A stretch of DNA of 64,000 nucleotides, from the NCBI GenBank assembly GCA_964354105.1, contig CAYGXM010000002.1, forward strand, positions 14,398 to 78,397. The letters are read 5' to 3'. The position numbers and the translations under genes were made by a program. This document shows, one piece after another, positions 29,287 to 38,893 of this stretch (its first letter is position 1; the number at the start of each line of letters is the position of its first letter). This stretch comes from Candidatus Woesearchaeota archaeon. GTDB taxonomy: Archaea > Nanobdellota > Nanobdellia > UBA10117. The notes beneath the pieces are model-generated. The model ran no database searches and was not told the DNA's origin. It was given only the letters and a program-made list of their open reading frames with translations.

Positions 29287-29928
29287 CTATCTCTGAACTA
29301 TGCCTGTGTGTTTGAAAATATGCTTTGCTTTTCTGTGATGTATTATAGTATCTATTACTAACAAAGCTACTAAAATGAGAAGAGCATAATAAACTGCCGG
29401 CGTTTCTGTTATCTGCATGCGCACCATCTCTTCAAATGGTATTTCTAAAGTCACATCTACTTTGCCGTCCTTTATGCTATTGAGTGTTATCTTAACGTCT
29501 GAATAGCCGTTTAGGTCAGAATCGATCTGCACAGTTTCGCCCACAAATATCTTAAGATGCAGCGAACCTGAGCGTATAAGGAACTCTGCATAATTCTCTC
29601 CTATGTAAACCGGCTCTATGGTATGATTAACGCCCTTAAAGGTATAGATCCATACCTCTTCAGGTGCCATTGTCACATTTGAATAAATTCTTCTTACTGC
29701 AAAATCTCCTATGTAATGAATCTTCTCTGCAGGGACTGAAGGCGGCAATATTTCTTCAGGCACTCCTGGCGCTGCAGGAGCAGGAGCTGGTCCTGGTGTT
29801 GGCGGAGTGGGCGCAGGCATTATTGTAACATAACTTTGTGTTGTAGCTGCGCCTGTAAAAAAGTTAATCTGCAGGATTATAACTGCAATTACCAAAATTA
29901 TCAAAATAGCTCGCAGTGGCCTTTTCAT
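29287..29928 (-). CDS. secreted or surface protein with Pro-rich segment and C-terminal TM anchor (213 aa)
   Basis: The TM anchor is followed by a TGAATTQ motif also present in 30592-31185. Contains PAPTPPTPGPAPAPAAPG. The C-terminal TM is followed by a basic tail. Confidence 0.5.
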   Translation of the reverse strand: MKRPLRAILIILVIAVIILQINFFTGAATTQSYVTIMPAPTPPTPGPAPAPAAPGVPEEILPPSVPAEKIHYIGDFAVRRIYSNVTMAPEEVWIYTFKGVNHTIEPVYIGENYAEFLIRSGSLHLKIFVGETVQIDSDLNGYSDVKITLNSIKDGKVDVTLEIPFEEMVRMQITETPAVYYALLILVALLVIDTIIHHRKAKHIFKHTGIVQR

Positions 29929-29959
29929 ATTATAAAAAATAAAAGAAAAGAAGTATTTA

Positions 29960-29982
29960 TAGCTAACGGATGACGTTAGCTA
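29960..29982. promoter_or_regulatory. perfect hairpin TAGCTAACG-gatga-CGTTAGCTA next to TATTTATAG
   Basis: 9-bp stem with a 5-nt loop, 32-54 nt upstream of the minus-strand ATG at 29928 and 32 nt downstream of the stop at 30014. Confidence 0.3.
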
Positions 29983-30013
29983 TTCCTCTAACTTGTCTAT
30001 AAGCAAGTTAGGG

Positions 30014-30598
30014 TTATGCCTTTCTTTTTCTCAGTGCAAACAAGCCAAGCAATATCACTATCACTACGACTGCTATAATTACTGGCATCCAGCTTTTTGC
30101 TTTCGGCTCACAAGTCACTTTCAAAGTTAAAGGCGCTGCTGCTACTGCTCTTGTTGCAGAGCCTGCTGCTTCTGCGCTTGTGTCTGTCTGTGATTTTTCT
30201 GCCGCAAGAACATCACCAATGTAAGTCACTTGTTGTTCGCTGCAGGTTCTCTGGCACATTATGCCTGCTGTGCAGTCTTCTTTGTAGACTTTCGGGATTT
30301 TGAAGCAGATAGAAACTGGTATCGCCTTGTCGTGCATGGTGCCTGCTGGTACTGTAACGGATTGGCTGTCTATAACCAATGACTCCAAAGCGCCGCTGGC
30401 TGTCAGGTATATAGTTGCATCTTCACTGAATGGATTGTAAACACTGTAAGCTACGCAATTTGTCTGCCCTTCGTTTACAGGCTCGCTCTGGGTGGCCCAC
30501 ATAATCCCCACGCCTTTCTCAGCTGCTGCCAAAGGCAGCAAAAGCAAAAAGAAAAATAAGGGAATCAAAAATTTGGAATTCATTTTGACCCCTAGCAA
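30014..30598 (-). CDS. secreted protein with signal peptide and C-terminal TM plus RKRKA tail (194 aa)
   Basis: Cleavable-looking signal peptide (LLLLPLAAAEKG) and a terminal IIAVVVIVILLGLFALRKRKA. Confidence 0.5.
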   Translation of the reverse strand: MLGVKMNSKFLIPLFFFLLLLPLAAAEKGVGIMWATQSEPVNEGQTNCVAYSVYNPFSEDATIYLTASGALESLVIDSQSVTVPAGTMHDKAIPVSICFKIPKVYKEDCTAGIMCQRTCSEQQVTYIGDVLAAEKSQTDTSAEAAGSATRAVAAAPLTLKVTCEPKAKSWMPVIIAVVVIVILLGLFALRKRKA

Positions 30599-31185
30599 GC
30601 TGCTCCATTATATACAGCTTTGTACTCTACAGTATTTGTGTATGTACCTGCTGCCTGGCCTACCGGAATGTCTAGCCAATATCTGTAATAGCCATACCCA
30701 TTTGGCACGATGTTGTTGTTATTTGCCTTTACAAAAGATGTTGTAAAGGTATTATCGCCTGGTGGTCCTGATGGCTGGGAACTTGTGTTTGTTTTGCTGT
30801 CAGACCATGTATAATTTCCTAGGCCGATTGTATCATTACCAACAGTGCTCAATGGACCTTGTGCCCTATGACAGATATCTATATTTACGTTTGAATCGTT
30901 CGATTCGCGAACCCACATCGTCGTTGTGCTGTTTGCTCCGTTGTAGTCGTCTGTTGCATTTTGATCGTTGACTGGCAGGCTCGTTATGTTGCCGAAGTCT
31001 ATGCCATCTGCTAGATTAGCAGAGAGCGTTATGGCATAATAATACGAGATGGCAACTCTAGACTGAGTTGTTTGTGTAGTTGCCGCACCGGTAAGTGATG
31101 GCCCGTGCGAGCTCATCAGCAATCCGCCAATCAGAACAGCTACTAGTGCAAAGAGCACAATAAGTATTGCTGCATTTTTCGCCAT
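30592..31185 (-). CDS. secreted glycoprotein-like protein (197 aa)
   Basis: MAKNA plus a hydrophobic segment, a TGAATTQ motif, and many N-x-S/T sequons. The C-terminal half is paralogous to 31245-32147. Confidence 0.5.
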   Translation of the reverse strand: MAKNAAILIVLFALVAVLIGGLLMSSHGPSLTGAATTQTTQSRVAISYYYAITLSANLADGIDFGNITSLPVNDQNATDDYNGANSTTTMWVRESNDSNVNIDICHRAQGPLSTVGNDTIGLGNYTWSDSKTNTSSQPSGPPGDNTFTTSFVKANNNNIVPNGYGYYRYWLDIPVGQAAGTYTNTVEYKAVYNGAAC

Positions 31186-31223
31186 TTTTGCCTCCTAATT
31201 GTTTGCTAAAAGTGACGCTAGCA

Positions 31224-31234
31224 ATTATATATAC
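31224..31234. promoter_or_regulatory. TATA box ATTATATATAC upstream of the minus gene starting at 31185
   Basis: AT box about 40-50 nt upstream of the ATG. Confidence 0.35.
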
Positions 31235-31244
31235 TTTTCTAAGG

Positions 31245-32147
31245 CTAAGGAGAATAACCGGTTTGCACCACCTTAAAGGCTAAGGTATTATTATAAAAGC
31301 CTGCAGGCTGGCCGCTTGAAACATTCAGGAAGAACTTCAGCCAACTTTTCGTGCTGTTTGTCATGTTGCTGCCTATTTTGTTATCTGTAAAGTTGGTTGT
31401 AAGGCTTTTCTTTACATTTGATGGAACTGTTGAATTTGTTATATTGTAGCTTAATTTTTCATTCGCCAGGGGAATAAAACTGGTATTTGACACCAAATTT
31501 CCATCTGCTTTCACATAAAGGTCTGCATTTATACCGATTGCATCAACAATTACATAATATTGTGTTGCGCCTGAGCCATTATTGCCTATTGCTGAATAAT
31601 TGTAAACTGGCAGAGTTGTAATGTTCCAGTCAACACCAGAAGCCAGCGTTGTTGAAAGGGCAAGTGCAAGTGCACTTTGATAGCACGTAAAATTGCCGTG
31701 TTTGTGTGCCCAATTTCCAGCTCCATCTTTTGCCCAGACGGTTACGGGATAATATCCTATGGAGGGTGCAGTCCAGCTGTAATACCATATGTCTTCACAA
31801 TAATGCCATCCGTCGTCAAAACAATCAACATGAAACTCGTCATGTTCATCGTACCAGCAATGCGCTTTATTCATAGTGTAATTTGTTCCATTTATATCCA
31901 GAATAACTTTGCTCACATAAGTATTATCTGTAATTTTTGTCGTAAAATTTACTGTCTTGCCGGCACATAAAGGATCTGCTGTAATGTTGAGATAATGTAT
32001 AGTTGGCGGCGTATAGTCGCCATAACAGCTTGCGTTCATATCTGGATCTTGAATTGAAAAAAAGCCAGTCTGCCGTGTGCCTGCCAGCAATGATAAAGCA
32101 AGTACAATAGCAACGAACATCAGAAAGTAAACTGTACTTTTAGCCAT
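31245..32147 (-). CDS. secreted glycoprotein-like protein (about 300 aa from the internal Met MAKSTVYFLMF)
   Basis: ORF runs to 32207, but a start at 32147 gives MAKS plus a hydrophobic anchor like its paralog and avoids overlap with the divergent gene. Very sequon-rich and Cys-rich. Confidence 0.5.
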   Translation of the reverse strand: MAKSTVYFLMFVAIVLALSLLAGTRQTGFFSIQDPDMNASCYGDYTPPTIHYLNITADPLCAGKTVNFTTKITDNTYVSKVILDINGTNYTMNKAHCWYDEHDEFHVDCFDDGWHYCEDIWYYSWTAPSIGYYPVTVWAKDGAGNWAHKHGNFTCYQSALALALSTTLASGVDWNITTLPVYNYSAIGNNGSGATQYYVIVDAIGINADLYVKADGNLVSNTSFIPLANEKLSYNITNSTVPSNVKKSLTTNFTDNKIGSNMTNSTKSWLKFFLNVSSGQPAGFYNNTLAFKVVQTGYSP

Positions 32148-32170
32148 GGCCTTAATTGAAGTGTGAAACC

Positions 32171-32188
32171 TTATATATATAAAATATT
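32171..32188. promoter_or_regulatory. TATA-rich divergent promoter TTATATATATAAAATATT
   Basis: Lies between the divergent starts at 32147 (minus) and 32198 (plus). Its closeness to both ATGs suggests leaderless transcripts. Confidence 0.4.
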
Positions 32189-32197
32189 CTACAATAA

Positions 32198-33421
32198 ATG
32201 GCCACAATGAAAGACGGATATCTCAGAGCTAATGCAATTCTCTTGCTTTCATCATTAGGCTCGGGCCTTACAGGCGCCTTTCTTTCCATTTATCTTATTG
32301 ACAGGGGAATTAGCCTTGCCAGCATAGGCCTTATCTTTGCATTGGGCCCGATTTTAGCGGGCTTGTTCAGGATTCCATTTGGATATGTTGTTGATTGTTT
32401 AGGAAGAAAAAAATTCATACTAATCGGTGCACTCGGATCCCCGCTTTTTGCAATTGGTTTGATTTTTGCAACCCAGATACAGCACTTTATGCTTCTCAAC
32501 ATCATGGTTACGCTTCTAAGCGCAATATTCTGGACTGCATTTAGTGCGCATTTGTTTGATGTTTTCAGCAAGGGCAAGGAAGGCCTTGGGCTGGCAGGAA
32601 GAAATATAACAACATTTGCAGCTTCTGCGCTTGCCCCTATTCTTGCAGGCATCATTGCGAATAAATATGGATTCACAAAGCTCTTCATGATAGGTGCAGC
32701 TGTTGCAGCAAGTGCAATCTTGCTCATTTTAACAATGAAGGACAATACGAAATGCCAGCGGATGTCTTTCAAGGCCGTCAAAAAAGAGTACAAGCACATT
32801 TTAAAAATCAAGGACATGAAGGCAATTGCAGCTGTAATTTTTGCAGTTGATTTTATTTTTGTATTCTGGGGAATATTCATACCCATTTGGCTGCAGCAAA
32901 ACGGCCTTAGCCTTGAAGCAATTGGAGCAATACTTTCAGTAAATATGTTAGTCGGTGCAGCCTTTCAGATACCAATGGGAAAAGCCATTGACAAGCACCC
33001 TGCAAGAGATGTCTTAATTCCTGGCTTCCTTCTTTTTTGGATAGGTGGATTCCTGTTTTTTGCATTTGAAAGTTTCTTTTCATATCTGGCTGCAAGGATA
33101 ACCCTTGGAATCGGCTCTGATGCAGCCTACTGGCCGGCTGTAAGCGCTTTGGCAAAAGTCACGCCAAAGAAAGAGCATGGCGGCGTGGTTGCATTGATAT
33201 TTGGGATTTCTACAGTGTTAAGCGGCATAGCTGCACTAGTAGGCGGCTTCCTTACCGACAAATTTGGCATTGCTCCTGTTTTGATAGGAGTTGCAGGCTT
33301 GCCTCTTCTTGTTGCAATAGGAATAGCAGCATCAAATTCGCTGAAAAAGACTGGAACAACAAAACACAAGAGGCATCACTTCAGGCATTACAGAGTAAAT
33401 AACCACATTCTGCACCGCTAG
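32198..33421 (+). CDS. MFS transporter
   Basis: Twelve TM helices and a GR(K/R)-type loop (DCLGRKKF) after TM2. Confidence 0.7.
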   Translation: MATMKDGYLRANAILLLSSLGSGLTGAFLSIYLIDRGISLASIGLIFALGPILAGLFRIPFGYVVDCLGRKKFILIGALGSPLFAIGLIFATQIQHFMLLNIMVTLLSAIFWTAFSAHLFDVFSKGKEGLGLAGRNITTFAASALAPILAGIIANKYGFTKLFMIGAAVAASAILLILTMKDNTKCQRMSFKAVKKEYKHILKIKDMKAIAAVIFAVDFIFVFWGIFIPIWLQQNGLSLEAIGAILSVNMLVGAAFQIPMGKAIDKHPARDVLIPGFLLFWIGGFLFFAFESFFSYLAARITLGIGSDAAYWPAVSALAKVTPKKEHGGVVALIFGISTVLSGIAALVGGFLTDKFGIAPVLIGVAGLPLLVAIGIAASNSLKKTGTTKHKRHHFRHYRVNNHILHR

Positions 33422-33538
33422 GACTTAACGGTGCAGGGGTTATCTCTCAGCAGCAACAATGCTTTCTCGTTAAGTTTTTCTGATTCTAACAGATTCCCCT
33501 TCCGTTCATTTTTTAAAACTATCAGATTTTCTTTTGTT

Positions 33539-34081
33539 ATGGCAATCGAAGAAACTTTAGTTCTGATAAAGCCTGATGGCATGCGAAGAAACCTGATTGG
33601 AAAGATAATTGCAAGATTTGAAAAAGAACATTTGAAAATCATGGGGCTGAAACTTGTGAAAGCTGACCGCAAGCTGGCAGAGAAACATTACACAGATTCT
33701 GATGCGCAAGTTATTGGAATGGGCAACAAGACCCTTGGCGCAAATGGCGAGAAAAGGGCCAAAGAGATTTTTGGCACAACAGACCCCAAAGAACTGGGGC
33801 TTCAGCTGAGGGAATGGATGCTTCAATTTATTGTATCAACTCCTGTTGTAGCTATTGTTTTGGAAGGCGAGGATGCTGTCCAGAAAGTAAGAAAGATTGC
33901 TGGATACACAGATCCAAGCAAGGCTGAGATGGGCACAATACGCGGCGACATGGGAGTAGATTCAATAGCAAAAGCAAATGGAGAGCACAGAGCTACTGAG
34001 AATTTAATACACGCATCAGGCTCTGTAGAAGAGGCACAGCAGGAGATTGCACTTTGGTTCTCAAAAGTGATCTATTACTAA
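33539..34081 (+). CDS. ndk: nucleoside diphosphate kinase (with about 30-aa internal insertion)
   Basis: EETLVLIKPDGMRRNLIGKIIARFEKEHLKI, TIRGDMG, and C-terminal HASGSVEEAQQEIALWF. The ORF opens at 33431, but the NDK alignment starts at the Met at 33539. Confidence 0.8.
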   Translation: MAIEETLVLIKPDGMRRNLIGKIIARFEKEHLKIMGLKLVKADRKLAEKHYTDSDAQVIGMGNKTLGANGEKRAKEIFGTTDPKELGLQLREWMLQFIVSTPVVAIVLEGEDAVQKVRKIAGYTDPSKAEMGTIRGDMGVDSIAKANGEHRATENLIHASGSVEEAQQEIALWFSKVIYY

Positions 34082-34689
34082 TGGAAATCGCATTAGAAGA
34101 TATCGAATACCACCTAACATCAACTAAAACTAAGCCAAATATTACAATGTGTGAGGAAATTCTGCCATTTTTTCAGGGACAAGGATTCTGTGTAAGAAAC
34201 ATTCTTGATTTCGGTTGCGGCAGGTATATGCGGGACTCGCTACTTCTCACTAAAAATGGCTTTGACGTTGATGCTGTTGAACTTAAAGAACAAATCAAAA
34301 GAATAGACCCTAGGAAAGCTAAACGCGTCAATAATCTATCAACAGAAATTAGGCATGGTGATTACGATGCTGCGCTGCTCAATTTTGTGATACAGGTTTT
34401 GCCGACGCAAGAACAACGAACAGAAATCCTAGAAAAAGTCCGCAGTGCAGTCAAATATGACGGTTATTTTGTTTTATCTGTAAGGAACCAAAATGACGAG
34501 CGACATTTAACGAAATCAAAAGGCAGGCCATTTAATGACGGTTTTTTAATGGAAAGAAATAATGCTTATACGTTTGTAAAACTTTATGAGAAAAAAGAGG
34601 TTGAAACAATATTAGATTCCCTTGAATTAAAAGTATTAGACATATTCTCTACTTCAGATTCCTATATAGCATTGGCACAAAAGTTGTAA
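34054..34689 (+). CDS. possible SAM-dependent methyltransferase-like protein (211 aa)
   Basis: ILDFGCGRY is a degenerate motif I. Weak. Overlaps the ndk 3' end by 28 nt. Confidence 0.35.
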   Translation: MVLKSDLLLMEIALEDIEYHLTSTKTKPNITMCEEILPFFQGQGFCVRNILDFGCGRYMRDSLLLTKNGFDVDAVELKEQIKRIDPRKAKRVNNLSTEIRHGDYDAALLNFVIQVLPTQEQRTEILEKVRSAVKYDGYFVLSVRNQNDERHLTKSKGRPFNDGFLMERNNAYTFVKLYEKKEVETILDSLELKVLDIFSTSDSYIALAQKL

Positions 34690-34730
34690 ATTAAAGAAAC
34701 ATTTAAAAAGAACTTAAAGCAAGCCATAGT

Positions 34731-35309
34731 ATGAAAGCAATATTATTGGTTAGTTTCATTTTAGCCACCTTAATCATACCAGTTGTTAGTGCAGATGTCC
34801 CAATGATGACAACTACTAATGTTTATTTTGAAAAAAACGGAGTACCTTATGAAGGTCCGGTAAACTTTACAATTGATTGTTATGGGTATTTATCGGATTA
34901 CACTGGCAAGGCTCCAGCACCAGGATACACTCCTGAAAAGGTATTTGATTTTAGTGCCAGCGTCCAAAAATATGGAGATGTAATAGAACAAAGTTACTAT
35001 TTTAATTATAGACACATAGATTATTGCAATGTTATTGGCAAAACGAAAGATGGAAATTTTAGCATAATGAATCTTCCCGATTTCCCGGTAAACCTTTCAG
35101 CATGCCAAAACATCGTAGAACAAGATAATTCTGGTATTCCAAAAGCGCGTTGTGAACTCAGATTAGATATGGCTAATAATACGCAAATTATACCTACTCC
35201 TAGCCCTGAACCGCAGCCTGAACCTACTCCAACCCCAGAACCAGTACACAAGAATTTTTGGGAATCCATATCTTGCTTTTTCAATAGACTCTTTGGCAAG
35301 AGCTGTTAA
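34731..35309 (+). CDS. secreted protein with Pro/Glu-rich C-terminal region (192 aa)
   Basis: Signal peptide followed by PTPSPEPQPEPTPTPEP. Confidence 0.45.
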   Translation: MKAILLVSFILATLIIPVVSADVPMMTTTNVYFEKNGVPYEGPVNFTIDCYGYLSDYTGKAPAPGYTPEKVFDFSASVQKYGDVIEQSYYFNYRHIDYCNVIGKTKDGNFSIMNLPDFPVNLSACQNIVEQDNSGIPKARCELRLDMANNTQIIPTPSPEPQPEPTPTPEPVHKNFWESISCFFNRLFGKSC

Positions 35310-35311
35310 AA

Positions 35312-35656
35312 ATGCTGCCAGAAACAATGTTTTTAATTTCCTTGCTCCTAACTTTAAGTATAGAAGTTCCCATCTTATTTATTTTTATTAGGTACATTTT
35401 TAAAAAAAATAAGATACCAATAAAAAAGGTAATAATCTCGGGATTTATTGCATCTGCTTTGACATTACCTTACTTATGGTTTATTTTGCCACCATTCATA
35501 AAATCTACTTATTACCTTCTTATCGGCGAGAGTTTAGTTATTGCTGCAGAAACTTTAATTTACTTTTATTTGCTTGATTTAGACTTAAAAAGATCTTTTG
35601 TAATCTCACTGGTTGCTAATATAGTATCTTTCCTAATTGGATTATGGTTTCTTTGA
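35312..35656 (+). CDS. small integral membrane protein (114 aa)
   Basis: Three or four TM helices. Confidence 0.4.
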   Translation: MLPETMFLISLLLTLSIEVPILFIFIRYIFKKNKIPIKKVIISGFIASALTLPYLWFILPPFIKSTYYLLIGESLVIAAETLIYFYLLDLDLKRSFVISLVANIVSFLIGLWFL

Positions 35657-35704
35657 TTAAACCTTTTAAACCCAATTTCTGTTATAAATTTGAGATGATG
35701 CAAG

Positions 35705-37477
35705 ATGATACGACAGCCGATTATAACAGTGATGGGGCATGTTGACCACGGAAAAACCTCATTACTGGATTACATTCGCGGCACAGCAGTAGCCGCAAGG
35801 GAAGCTGGCGCTATCACCCAGCATGTAGGCGCATCCTCTGTTCCTCTTGACGTCATACAAAAGCTGTGCGGACCCTTGCTGGAGAGATTTAAAATCAAGT
35901 TCACGATTCCCGGCCTTCTTTTTATTGATACTCCGGGGCATGAAGTTTTTACAAATCTGCGAAAACGCGGTGGCTCTATTGCAGACCTTGCGATTGTTGT
36001 TATTGACATAATGCAAGGAGTACAACCGCAGACAAAAGAAGCCATTGACCTTTTAAAAAATTCTAAGGTTCCTTTTGTTGTTGCTGCAAACAAGATAGAT
36101 TTGATTGCAGGCTGGAAAACCCACAACATAACACACACACAAAATTTACCTATGCAGATACAGATGGCCAAAGAGCAATTTGACAAGAAATTATACGAAC
36201 TGGTCGGCCAGATTTCAGAATGTGGGTTTGATTCAGATGTTTACACAAAAGTTGATGATTACACAAAAAAAGTTGCAATTGTCCCTGTTTCTGCTAAAAC
36301 AGGCGAAGGTGTTGCAGAGCTCCTTGCATTGCTGACAGGATTAACGCAGAAATTCCTGGGAAAAACCCTGAAAATAGAGGTCAAAGGCCCTGCCAAAGGA
36401 ACAATCCTGGAAATAAAAGAAGAAAAAGGCCTTGGAACAACAGCAGATGTGATTCTTTACGATGGGAGCCTGAAGATAGGAGATACTATTCTTGTTGCAG
36501 GCATTGACAAGATAATTAAAACAAAAATCAAAGCCCTTTTGCGACCATTGCCATTAGTCGAGATAAGAGACGCACACAGGCGGTTTGAGATTGCAAAAGA
36601 AGTTTTCGCCGCAACTGGTGTCAAAGTTGTAGCGCCCGAATTAGAATTTGCAATTGCCGGTTCTCCAATAGTATCTGTGCAGAATGAAAAAGAAATTCCT
36701 GCTCTTGAAAAAGATTTGAGATCTGAAGTTGAATCCATTATATTAAAGACGCACATCCCAGGCATAATACTAAAGACAGATGCGCTTGGAAGCCTGGAAG
36801 CGATTTCATCTATGCTGGAAAAGAGAAACATCCCGATTCAGATGATGTCAATCGGTTCCATCAATAAAAGTGATGTTTCTGCAGCTTTGCCAAATGTGAC
36901 AAAAGCGCCGCTTGTAGCTTTCGTGCTGGGCTTTAATGTTACTGTAGATGAAGATGCGAAACAAATGGCAGAAAAGGAAAATGTTGTGATACTCAATGAG
37001 AAAGTTATATACCATCTGATAGAAAAATTAGAGACAGGAATTCTAGAAAAAAGAACAAAATTGGAGGCTGCAGCCCTGGAAGGCTTGACCTGGCCTGCAA
37101 AATTCAGGATTCTGCCTGGTTTTGTTTTCAGGCAGACAAAACCTGCTGTTTTCGGCGTTGAAGTTCTAGCTGGAAAATTGAAGCCAAAAGTCTCACTGCT
37201 TACAACAGATGGAAGGGAAATTGGAGAAGTAAAAAACATAGAATCCGAAGGGCAAAAACTGAATGAATTGCCTGTTGGCCAGCGTGCTGCAATCTCGGTT
37301 GATGGAATCACAGTTGGAAGACAGGTAAAAGAAGGCGATACTTTGTTTGTAGCAGTAGATGAGAACAGCTTCAGAAGATTAAAGGCAAAGAAAGAACTCC
37401 TTACAAAGAGCGAAGTGGACTGCCTTAAAGAGATTGCAGAGCTCAGAAGAATACAAAAGCCAACTTGGGGGTTGTAA
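35705..37477 (+). CDS. infB: translation initiation factor aIF-5B (IF-2 homolog)
   Basis: GHVDHGKTSLLDYIRG, ITQHVGAS, LLFIDTPGHEVFTNLRKRGG, ANKID. 590 aa, archaeal length. Confidence 0.85.
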   Translation: MIRQPIITVMGHVDHGKTSLLDYIRGTAVAAREAGAITQHVGASSVPLDVIQKLCGPLLERFKIKFTIPGLLFIDTPGHEVFTNLRKRGGSIADLAIVVIDIMQGVQPQTKEAIDLLKNSKVPFVVAANKIDLIAGWKTHNITHTQNLPMQIQMAKEQFDKKLYELVGQISECGFDSDVYTKVDDYTKKVAIVPVSAKTGEGVAELLALLTGLTQKFLGKTLKIEVKGPAKGTILEIKEEKGLGTTADVILYDGSLKIGDTILVAGIDKIIKTKIKALLRPLPLVEIRDAHRRFEIAKEVFAATGVKVVAPELEFAIAGSPIVSVQNEKEIPALEKDLRSEVESIILKTHIPGIILKTDALGSLEAISSMLEKRNIPIQMMSIGSINKSDVSAALPNVTKAPLVAFVLGFNVTVDEDAKQMAEKENVVILNEKVIYHLIEKLETGILEKRTKLEAAALEGLTWPAKFRILPGFVFRQTKPAVFGVEVLAGKLKPKVSLLTTDGREIGEVKNIESEGQKLNELPVGQRAAISVDGITVGRQVKEGDTLFVAVDENSFRRLKAKKELLTKSEVDCLKEIAELRRIQKPTWGL

Positions 37478-38115
37478 CTTCTCGCATGGTAACAAAAGGC
37501 TGGGAAATCGTATACCAAAAAGAAGGCGATCTTTACAAAGATGTAGGTCCTGAAATTAAAAAATATGCTAAAATTCTTAAAAGAAAGAAATATAGAAAAG
37601 TTCTAGATTTGGGTTGTGGAACTGGTAGAAATACTATTTATTTAGCAAAACAGGGATTTTTAGTCTACGCATTAGACATATCTAAAACGGGTGTGGCTAT
37701 TACAAAAAAGAAGGCCAAATCGCTTGGTTTAAAGAATATTAAATTTAAAGTTGCTGATATAAAACATACATCTTATCCGGATAATTATTTTGATGCAGTT
37801 TTATGCATCTTTACTCTTAGTCATGGACTATTAGAAGATAATAAAGATGCTGTTGACGAAATATATAGAATTTTAAAGCCAAAAGGAATGCTCGTAACTG
37901 AATTTATGTCTGTTAACGATAAAACTTGCGGTAAGGGAAAAGAAATAGAAAAAAATACTTTCTTAGGCGGCATGGAAGATGATAAACATATGATGCACCA
38001 TTATTTCACCAAAAGTGAGATTAATGAAATATTATCTAAATTTGCCAGATTTAAAATTTCGCCCAAAACTTATTTCGGAAAAGTAAAAGCATTTGATATC
38101 GAAGCAATAAAATAG
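37465..38115 (+). CDS. class I SAM-dependent methyltransferase
   Basis: VLDLGCGTGRNTIYLA (motif I), acidic residue after beta2 (YALDIS), ILKPKG (motif post-II). Confidence 0.6.
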   Translation: MGVVTSRMVTKGWEIVYQKEGDLYKDVGPEIKKYAKILKRKKYRKVLDLGCGTGRNTIYLAKQGFLVYALDISKTGVAITKKKAKSLGLKNIKFKVADIKHTSYPDNYFDAVLCIFTLSHGLLEDNKDAVDEIYRILKPKGMLVTEFMSVNDKTCGKGKEIEKNTFLGGMEDDKHMMHHYFTKSEINEILSKFARFKISPKTYFGKVKAFDIEAIK

Positions 38116-38135
38116 GTCTATTAAAGGGTAGGACT

Positions 38136-38172
38136 CTGAAAAACTTAGAGAGTCTGACTTGGGGCCTGTAGG
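38136..38172. repeat. intergenic repeat copy 1 (AAAAACTTAGAGAGTCTGACTTGGGGCC...)
   Basis: One of three copies about 33 nt long and roughly 85% identical. Its core AGTCTGACT is a palindrome. Confidence 0.5.
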
Positions 38173-38217
38173 GTAAAATTCGAAAGTTTTATAACAAACT
38201 ACTTATTCTATTTTAGC

Positions 38218-38814
38218 ATGGCAACAAAGCTTTGGATAATTCCAATTATATTATTAGTCGCAATAATTTTTGCAAGTGGGTGCACTTCACACAAGTCTAC
38301 ATCCACCCCATCTGCAAATACGGAACTTCAAAGCAAATATGAGTTTGATGTATCTACACTTCCTGATAGTCAGAATTACCACGTATTCTATGATTCTACG
38401 AACTACAGTTCTTTAGGTGTAACTGGACTATTAATGCACCATGAAACAATATTAAGACGCACAGATACGATAGATCCTGCAGTTAAAGACACCCCAATAA
38501 CAATAATTGCTTCTGTTATTACAACAGCCTCCATAAACGATGCAAATAGCGAATACGACGCATTACTGTTTAAGAATAAACAAGCAAGTCCATCTTTATT
38601 TACAATAACTGAGTTCGATACTCAAATAGGTGACAGAAGCTCGGGATTGATATTTACACCTACTGCTAACTCAGAAGGTAATCTAATGGAATTTGATATA
38701 TTATTTACATCAGGTGATCTTGTTGCCGAAATTAAAGTAATGGAAAATCCAGGCTCTACACCAACTTCTGTTCCAATAAATATGGCCCGGCAATTTGCTG
38801 AACAGATCAAATAA
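38218..38814 (+). CDS. lipoprotein-like secreted protein (198 aa)
   Basis: The signal peptide ends in ...FASGC (lipobox-like). No family recognised. Confidence 0.4.
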   Translation: MATKLWIIPIILLVAIIFASGCTSHKSTSTPSANTELQSKYEFDVSTLPDSQNYHVFYDSTNYSSLGVTGLLMHHETILRRTDTIDPAVKDTPITIIASVITTASINDANSEYDALLFKNKQASPSLFTITEFDTQIGDRSSGLIFTPTANSEGNLMEFDILFTSGDLVAEIKVMENPGSTPTSVPINMARQFAEQIK

Positions 38815-38844
38815 GCTATGTTCTTCTCATAAAATAGAATAATT

Positions 38845-38880
38845 AAAAAACTTAGAGAGTCAGACTTGGGGGCTATAGCT
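38845..38880. repeat. intergenic repeat copy 2 (AAAAAACTTAGAGAGTCAGACTTGGGGGC...)
   Basis: Same element as 38136-38172, here 14 nt upstream of the ATG at 38894. Confidence 0.5.
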
Positions 38881-38893
38881 GAAAGTCAATAAA

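Noticed and set aside
32290-33369. Minus-strand ORFs inside the MFS transporter gene
   Set aside because: Antisense to a 12-TM transporter gene with good hydropathy periodicity.
33431-33538. 36-codon N-terminal extension of ndk in the ORF track
   Set aside because: The NDK alignment begins at the Met at 33539. The extension is Ser/Phe-rich and overlaps the MFS gene's stop region.
35762-37518. Minus-strand ORFs inside infB (35762-36186, 36457-36831, 36838-37518)
   Set aside because: Antisense to a confidently identified aIF5B gene.
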